From contig NC_014729.1 in the NCBI RefSeq assembly GCF_000172995.2, positions 1,890,001 to 1,922,000 on the forward strand: DNA of 32,000 bases. Direction: 5' to 3'. A program made the position numbers and the translations under genes. This document shows, one piece after another, positions 26,651-32,000 of this stretch; the first letter of the stretch is position 1; every line of letters begins with the position of its first letter. The notes beneath the pieces were generated by a model, which was not told where the DNA came from, did no database searches, and worked only from the letters and a program-made list of their open reading frames with translations. This DNA is from Halogeometricum borinquense DSM 11551 (lineage in GTDB: Archaea > Halobacteriota > Halobacteria > Halobacteriales > Haloferacaceae).

Positions 26651-26868
26651 TCCGAACCCCCCTTGTACCCCCGCGGGAAGTGACGGCGACCCTCGTTCTC
26701 GTCCTCTTCCTCACGTTCCAGTTCTTCAATCGCATTCTTGACTTCTTGGGCGTTGAACCCGCCTTCCTCAAGAAGCCCGTTGACTATCTCCTTGGCGTTC
26801 AACTCCGCAACGTCGACGGTGAGGAGACGGGAGTCCTCTCGTTCATCCATCTGGAAATCCTCGGTCAT
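26647..26868 (-). CDS. element-encoded small acidic protein
   Basis: 73 aa. Start and stop overlap the neighbours (ATGA at both ends). Acidic, halophile-like composition. Confidence 0.6.
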   Translation of the reverse strand: MTEDFQMDEREDSRLLTVDVAELNAKEIVNGLLEEGGFNAQEVKNAIEELEREEEDENEGRRHFPRGYKGGSE

Positions 26869-27161
26869 TCCGAATCACTCCCATATGCGGAAGTAGGAAC
26901 GGCGAACCAGAGTTTCGGCGTATAGGTAGGGCTGTCAGCAACCGCCGTACCGAGAACGACCGCGTTGTCATTTAGCGATACGTCCTCTCCATCACGGACG
27001 TTTTTCCTTTGGATGACATACTCCGTCTGATTCGCGGCGTCAACGTCGATAGCGGTGAGATTGACCCTTGAACGTGCCGCCTCAAGGTGCTTAGATTCGA
27101 GTTGACCGAATCGAATCGTATCACCTTGGCTCAGGAGTCGATTGACACCAACAGCGTTCAT
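26865..27161 (-). CDS. element-encoded hypothetical protein
   Basis: 98 aa. Coupled to the ORFs on either side. Confidence 0.55.
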   Translation of the reverse strand: MNAVGVNRLLSQGDTIRFGQLESKHLEAARSRVNLTAIDVDAANQTEYVIQRKNVRDGEDVSLNDNAVVLGTAVADSPTYTPKLWFAVPTSAYGSDSE

Positions 27162-27340
27162 CAGAACGTCACCCCCGTATCGTCGTTAGCCACAATCGGA
27201 ACGTCGATGCCGTACGCCTCGTTGACCGCGTACTGAATTATTTGACCGTATGCCAATTCTCCGCCAAACCGCTCGTCGTTCACTTCATCGAGAAGGTCTT
27301 TCTCATAGTCGTGAACTTTGATACTCTTGCTTCGTGCCAT
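27161..27340 (-). CDS. element-encoded small protein, first gene of the four-ORF operon
   Basis: ATG at 27340 (MARSKSIKVHDYEKDLLDEV...), with an alternative at 27388. Its stop overlaps the next start by 1 nt. Confidence 0.5.
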   Translation of the reverse strand: MARSKSIKVHDYEKDLLDEVNDERFGGELAYGQIIQYAVNEAYGIDVPIVANDDTGVTF

Positions 27341-27708
27341 TGCTTCATCTAATACGTTGTGCAGGTTCCACCATTGAGCTACTATCACGGCACTGCCCCT
27401 CTAACGACGCTGATAACAGCGATTGACCGCGTTTCTGTCGTTCTTACATCAGCGTCTCTCATTATCCCCTCTGAGGCGATACGAGGATTGGTAAGATACG
27501 CTGATTATCCCACCGTCAATGGGTGCCAGCGGTTATGCGAACCCGACAAATATCCGAAAGCATCCGAATATACGTTGATATGGTCATGTCTCGTACGAGG
27601 AAAGGAACATTTATCGGCATCTGTGGTGCCGAAATTTGATATTAGGGGGTTTTGAGAGAATCACGGGGTGTTCTCTCGCGTGCGCGATATTACTATAGTG
27701 TATTAGAA

Positions 27709-27794
27709 TACGTTCGTAATTACACTACGTTCGTATTGCCACTAACGAACTGATAGGTACTCTACGAACGTATCCACCCCTCCTTTACGAACGT
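27709..27794. repeat. 10-bp iterons: TACGTTCGTA x2 direct (27709, 27726), then the exact reverse complement TACGAACGTA (27763) and TACGAACGT (27786)
   Basis: Read directly. A partial AACGAAC lies at 27744. Related GTTCGTTC x2 lie at 27863 and 27882. Confidence 0.85.
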
Positions 27795-27813
27795 TGCCGG
27801 TCGGTTTCCTCCC

Positions 27814-28201
27814 CTCAGACACCGCCTCAGACTCGGGAAGGGACCGACCAACCGCCATCGATGTTCGTTCCATCTCCAGACGTTCGTTCAATCGCTTGCC
27901 TCTCGTAACGGCGACCGTCAACGGCGTCGGGGACCGCAACCGCATCCTCGGGGACCGCAACCGCACGCTGACGCCAGCCGCCTCAATTTGCCTCAGATTC
28001 GATTTGCTGATTCTGGACAATGATTCCCTCTTGGTCGAACCAGAAACCGATTCTGACGATGATTAGGGCGCATAGAATCGAACCAATCATTCCTCTGAGT
28101 AATCAATTCCGCTCAATCGCCTCAGATTTGTTTCTCAGCGATTTCTCTTCTCAGACGATGATTTTCGCCAAGAATCTGTGCCGATTCTGACGCCTCTCAG
28201 A
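27814..28201. repeat. dispersed CTCAGA / GCCTCAGA motif cluster
   Basis: CTCAGA on the plus strand starts at 27814, 27826, 27992, 28121, 28150 and 28196. One inverted copy is at 28094. Variants CCTCAA/GCTCAA/CTCAGC are at 27981, 28206, 28111 and 28134. A 12-bp repeat CCGATTCTGACG is at 28047 and 28181. Confidence 0.85.
27927..27965. repeat. 2 x 18-bp direct repeat TCGGGGACCGCAACCGCA (period 21)
   Basis: Read directly: 27927-27944 and 27948-27965. Confidence 0.9.
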
Positions 28202-28529
28202 GACGCCTCAACCGAATCGTATGTGTATCGGTTATCTCATATGCGGCTGAGTTATCGAATCCGCCGTATGCACTTCCCTTTATCCGAATAACACAAAGTG
28301 GGTAGAATTGACTATCAATATATCGTGAATAAATAACCACAAATCGACAGACGGGGCATACCCTCCCTCCGCATTAATTAGAATACTACTTAAAGGACCC
28401 ATTTCAGCGGGGTAGTGGTGGAAAAACGCCCGCGACGTATCGATGTTCTATCCAGTATATACGAATCCACCACCGTATAGCGATTTTATTTGAAATTTTT
28501 TGCCAGAGAATCCACCAAAATATCGGCGG

Positions 28530-29465
28530 CTACGATTCGAGCGAGGGGCCGAACTGCCGCGCCTTGGTTTTCACATCGTCGTCAGCAAGGTCAAGATACA
28601 TTTGTGTCGTTTCGATGTCGGCATGCCCCATGAGTTTCTGCAACGTCCGTACGTCCATACCGTTCTTCAATGCGGCTACGGCGAACGAATGACGGAGCGT
28701 ATGTCCCGTGATTTTCCGCTTGGGTCGACCGCCTTTATCGTGGTACATCACTTCTTGAATCCCCGCCTCCTCTGCCGCCTCTCGGACGATTCGGCTAACC
28801 GAGTTTGGCTTGATGTGTTCCGCCTTCTGCGTCGGGAATAGGTGCGGCGAATCATCCGCTGTCAGCACCCCGTTGCGTTCGGCGTCAATCCAGATATTCA
28901 GCGGGGTAGATAGCGAGGGTTGGTAGTAGACCGTACGGTTGCTGTGTGTCTTATCAGCATGAATCCGAATCGACCGTTCCTCGCGGTTAACGTCATGGAG
29001 TTTCACCTTACACAACTCCCCTCTTCGCATCCCCGTTTGGAATAGCATCTTGATAATCAGTTCGTTGCGGAGTTTCGGCGGGGAATGGACGTTATCGACT
29101 AACTGTTGCACCTCATCAGGAGTGAGGTAGTGTACGTCATCCCGCAAGGACTGAGATTTCTTACTACCCTTCTTGACCGCTGTCCACGACCCTATTGAGA
29201 CATCCTCAACAGGGTTGTAGTCGTACATTTCGTCATAGAACTTAGCTATCCCTGCCCTCGCTATCTTCAGCGACCCTTTAGCGTAATCCTCGTCTGCTAA
29301 ATCAAGGAGATGACTCTCAACGTCGTCTTGGTTTGCGTCACCGAATTCAACTCCTCTCTCGTCAAGCCAGTCTCGGTATCGACGGATAGCAGAGGCATAT
29401 CGGTTTGCTGTCCCCTCAGTCTGTTTTACCGAAACATGTTGCTGGAAGGTATCTATTTCAGACAT
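28530..29465 (-). CDS. tyrosine recombinase / phage-type integrase
   Basis: Catalytic pattern GMRRGEL (Arg I), HTLRHSFA (His-x-x-Arg) and LMGHADIETTQMYL (His ... Tyr). N-terminal SAM-like core-binding region. Confidence 0.92.
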   Translation of the reverse strand: MSEIDTFQQHVSVKQTEGTANRYASAIRRYRDWLDERGVEFGDANQDDVESHLLDLADEDYAKGSLKIARAGIAKFYDEMYDYNPVEDVSIGSWTAVKKGSKKSQSLRDDVHYLTPDEVQQLVDNVHSPPKLRNELIIKMLFQTGMRRGELCKVKLHDVNREERSIRIHADKTHSNRTVYYQPSLSTPLNIWIDAERNGVLTADDSPHLFPTQKAEHIKPNSVSRIVREAAEEAGIQEVMYHDKGGRPKRKITGHTLRHSFAVAALKNGMDVRTLQKLMGHADIETTQMYLDLADDDVKTKARQFGPSLES

Positions 29466-29979
29466 CTTTGTAGTAAGCGGGGTGTTGCAACTCGTATTCC
29501 GTTCCGTCGTTTTCTCGGCGTATGTACGTCCGTTTCACCGCGTTAGTGCTGTTGAAAAGTTGTTCCAGTCGGATTCGGTATTTTGCTAATCCCCTCTCGC
29601 CCATCGCCTCATTGTGTTCCATCATTTCCTCAACCGTCTGTGCATTGTCACCTCCTTCGGGTAGTTTGTTCCACAATGAGGCAGTAGTGTCATCAACCTC
29701 TACCCCCGCGGTATGCATGGCTTCAAGCGCGTCTCCCAACGCCCCTTCTATCGTGCTAAGCCGTGACAGTATCTTGTCTGTTCTTTCGTCAAGGGTGTCT
29801 AACCGTCCACTATCGGCGTTACCCCCGCCTTGGGTTGTGGTTACGTCGCTAATCTCCCGTTCGACCGACGTACGAATCAAGTCGGTAAGGGTGTCGTACT
29901 CTCCGTTTTCTTCGACGTACGTTTGCCAGCGATTCTTCTGGTCCTCGCTGACTCGGAGGTGTATTTGCGGCCTTGCCAT
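29458..29979 (-). CDS. RHH (CopG/Arc-like) N-terminal domain protein, overlapping the integrase start by 8 nt; possible excision or regulatory factor
   Basis: MARPQIHLRVSEDQKNRWQTYVEENGEYDTLTDLIRTSVEREI fits a beta-alpha-alpha RHH. 173 aa and acidic. Confidence 0.65.
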   Translation of the reverse strand: MARPQIHLRVSEDQKNRWQTYVEENGEYDTLTDLIRTSVEREISDVTTTQGGGNADSGRLDTLDERTDKILSRLSTIEGALGDALEAMHTAGVEVDDTTASLWNKLPEGGDNAQTVEEMMEHNEAMGERGLAKYRIRLEQLFNSTNAVKRTYIRRENDGTEYELQHPAYYKDV

Positions 29980-30000
29980 ACACCACCGTTCAATCTCCTA

Positions 30001-30600
30001 TCACTTATCGCTGTCTACATTCTGTGTACGTCCAAGTGAATGGAACTCGTCATTCGGTCGCATGTCCGCGAACATCGCCATGCGGTTCGAGAGATTGAAA
30101 AAGGCCGTCACCGAGGCAATGTCCCACATCGCTTCCTCGGAATACCCCACCTCGGCGAGTCGGTCTAAGTCGTCTTCGGTGACTTCGCGCGGCGACTCGG
30201 TGAGTTTCACGGCGACGTCGAGCATCGCCATCCGCTTTTCGGAGATGTCCGCCTGCCGGTAGTTGGCGACAAGTTGGTCTGCAAGCGTCGGGTCCTTCGC
30301 GTAGATGCGGACGAGTGCGCCGTGGGCGACGTTGCAGTAGTAACAGTGATTGACGCCCGAGACGGCGACGACGATCATCTCTACTTCCTCTCTGTCGAGT
30401 GCGGTGTCGTCTACGAGAGCGTCGTGGTAGTCGAAGAAGGCGCGGAAGTGACTCGGCTTGTACGCAAACGCCGCGAAGACGTTCGGCGTAAAGCCCGAGC
30501 GTTCTGTCTCCTCCTCGATTCGCTCTCGCAGATCAGCGGGCAGTTCGTCTTCGTCCGGAACGGGGAATCGCGTCATCGCGTCGTCGTCTAGTTCGACCAT
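30001..30600 (-). CDS. AhpD/carboxymuconolactone-decarboxylase-family peroxidase-related protein
   Basis: Core motif SGVNHCYYCNVAH (CxxC...H). Host-like composition. The last roughly 9-18 codons lie at the element junction. Confidence 0.85.
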   Translation of the reverse strand: MVELDDDAMTRFPVPDEDELPADLRERIEEETERSGFTPNVFAAFAYKPSHFRAFFDYHDALVDDTALDREEVEMIVVAVSGVNHCYYCNVAHGALVRIYAKDPTLADQLVANYRQADISEKRMAMLDVAVKLTESPREVTEDDLDRLAEVGYSEEAMWDIASVTAFFNLSNRMAMFADMRPNDEFHSLGRTQNVDSDK

Positions 30601-30706
30601 GGATTCGAATATCCTGGTCGATGCTTAAGGACTGCTCCGCGCACAAGTCGTCTCGAAAACCAAGACTGTGGGAAAGCGATTAACCCCAGTCGCTCGTCGT
30701 ACCAGT

Positions 30707-31570
30707 ATGTACGAACGCATCCTCCTCCCAGTGGACGGTAGCACCGGTGCGAACGAAGTGCTGTATCACGCGGGCGAGATAGCGCAGTGGACCGGCGGGA
30801 GCGTCCAACTGCTGTTCGTCGCAGATACGGCCCGCGACAGCGTTACGGTCGTCGAAAACGACGTGGTTGACGCACTCGAACAGGAAGGCAGCGAGATAGT
30901 CGATGAGGCCGGAGAAGTGCTCGATTCGTTGGGCGTGGAGTACTCGACGGACGTAGTGCAGGGCGATCCGGTGCCGACGATTGTCGAGTACGCAGACCGG
31001 TACGACTACGACGTGGTTGTCATGCCGACGCGGGGTCGGCAAGGGCTGTCGCGCCAGTTACTCGGAAGCGTCACTGAGAAAGTCGTCCGTCTCTGCGAGC
31101 AACCGGTCCTCACTGCCCGTACCGGGACCGACAGAGCGCTGGCGTTCCCCTACGAGCGCATTGTTGTCCCGACAGACGGCAGTCCGGCGGCGACGCACGC
31201 CGCAGAACACGCAATCGACGTGGCGGCCGCGCTCGATGCGACAATTCACGTTCTCTCCGCCGTAGACGACTCGCTCCTCGGCTTCGATGTCCGCTCTGCA
31301 GTCTCGGAGGCCGAAGGTGAGAAAGCGGCAAACGAGGCAGTAGAGAACGTTGCTTCGTCGGCGGAATCGCGCGATGTGGATGTGGTCCGTCACGTCGAGC
31401 GCGGGTCGCCGCACGAGATGATTCTCGACTGCGTGGCGGAAAACGAGGCGGACGCAGTCGTGATGGGGACGACGGGCAAACGAGCGGTAGACCGGATCCT
31501 TCTCGGGAGCGTCGCCGAGAAGACCATTCGAACCTCGCCGGTTCCGGTCGTCAGTGTCCGTAACGTCTGA
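30707..31570 (+). CDS. tandem universal stress protein (UspA) domain protein
   Basis: ATG at 30707. Two repeats, each beginning ILLPVDGS / IVVPTDGS and ending in the G-x2-G-x9-GSV pattern (LLGSVTEKVV, LLGSVAEKTI). Confidence 0.9.
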   Translation: MYERILLPVDGSTGANEVLYHAGEIAQWTGGSVQLLFVADTARDSVTVVENDVVDALEQEGSEIVDEAGEVLDSLGVEYSTDVVQGDPVPTIVEYADRYDYDVVVMPTRGRQGLSRQLLGSVTEKVVRLCEQPVLTARTGTDRALAFPYERIVVPTDGSPAATHAAEHAIDVAAALDATIHVLSAVDDSLLGFDVRSAVSEAEGEKAANEAVENVASSAESRDVDVVRHVERGSPHEMILDCVAENEADAVVMGTTGKRAVDRILLGSVAEKTIRTSPVPVVSVRNV

Positions 31571-31584
31571 CGCCCCACTGCCAA

Positions 31585-32000
31585 TTACAGCGTGACCGCA
31601 AGATAGAGCGCGGCGGCGACGGCGAAGATACCGACGCCGAACAAGCCGTAGTTGGCGAGTTTGTTGTCCGCGCGCCACGCCGAAATCGTGTACTCGTAGC
31701 CCGAGAGCGGCCACAGGAAGTTCACACCCGCAGGGGTGAGAGCGTCGCCGAGGAGGTGCGCGAACACGGTGAGAAAGCCGACGAGAAACCCGAAGACAAC
31801 GACGCTCCCGTCTGCGATGGCGGCGAGTCCGATGTCATCGACGCCCGCCAACACCAATCCCTGCCCGACGAGAGCGAAGACGCCGCCGACGAGGCCGGCA
31901 AACGCCAGCGAGTGCGTCGGACCGCGATGCGGGATTCCGGGAATCCGATGGTCTACGTCCGGCAGCATCGCCAACCAGAGCATCACCACACCGACGACGA
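31585..32000 (-). CDS. DUF457/YdjM-like membrane-bound metal-dependent hydrolase (5' end probably outside the window)
   Basis: LPDVDHRIPGIPHRGPTHS motif and several TM helices. The family normally has about 50 more N-terminal residues than the ORF seen here. Confidence 0.8.
   Translation of the reverse strand, partial: VVGVVMLWLAMLPDVDHRIPGIPHRGPTHSLAFAGLVGGVFALVGQGLVLAGVDDIGLAAIADGSVVVFGFLVGFLTVFAHLLGDALTPAGVNFLWPLSGYEYTISAWRADNKLANYGLFGVGIFAVAAALYLAVTL

Larger units (their letters stand above)
24796..30027. mobile_element. integrated plasmid/provirus-like element of about 5.2 kb (integrase, RHH gene, small-ORF operon, iteron block, AT-rich cargo gene)
   Basis: A tyrosine integrase lies next to the right junction. 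Composition breaks sharply at 24.79 kb. Imperfect direct repeats (24769-24795 and 30028-30054, 18 of 27 nt) correspond to duplicated gene-end codons. None of the internal genes resemble the flanking host genes. Confidence 0.7.

Noticed and set aside
27742-28020. 92-codon minus-strand ORF, plus the 27794-28066 (+) and 27359-27655 (+) ORFs inside the iteron block.
   Set aside because: The products are basic or Arg/Ser-rich, or start at TTG, with no halophile-like acidity or motifs. They run straight through the repeat arrays. Left uncalled, though a small protein cannot be excluded.
27700-28215. Repeat cluster considered as a possible CRISPR array.
   Set aside because: The repeats are only 6-18 bp long, belong to several unrelated families, are irregularly spaced and include inverted copies. 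There are no 25-40-bp repeats with uniform spacers and no cas genes in the window.

Overview
The window looks like haloarchaeal (class Halobacteria) chromosome. It has about 60% G+C in the lines I counted, very acidic predicted proteins, many twin-arginine plus lipobox signal peptides, and mostly leaderless, tightly packed genes. From left to right: (1) 1-6748 is a six-gene, translationally coupled MoxR AAA+ / DUF58 / von Willebrand-A operon. It also encodes a membrane-anchored coiled-coil protein and an acidic multi-TM protein. (2) 6.8-23 kb holds housekeeping and redox genes: a thioredoxin-fold protein, NUDIX hydrolase, 2Fe-2S ferredoxin, a DsbA-TlpA-CcdA extracytoplasmic thiol-disulfide module, CBS protein, Tat-secreted DyP peroxidase, SCO1/SenC copper chaperone, MFS transporter, aldo/keto reductase, RDD-domain membrane protein, acyl-CoA synthetase, creatininase-family protein, ArsC and a cold-shock protein. 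(3) 22973-24712 is a divergent NikR / His-rich RcnA-like metal transporter pair. (4) About 24.8-30.05 kb is a roughly 5.2-kb integrated element. It carries a tyrosine integrase, an overlapping RHH gene, four coupled small ORFs and a 1.1-kb iteron-rich non-coding block. Its left end carries a strikingly AT-rich cargo gene whose C-terminus has a Swt1-type HEPN (RNxxxH) signature. The element seems to sit in the 3' end of an AhpD/CMD-family gene, because a diverged second copy of that gene's last codons lies at the opposite junction. (5) A tandem-USP protein and a partial DUF457 hydrolase close the window. I found no rRNA, tRNA or CRISPR array. The HEPN cargo gene and its carrier element are the best candidates for something new. 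All calls rest on motif recognition by eye, and no searches were run.
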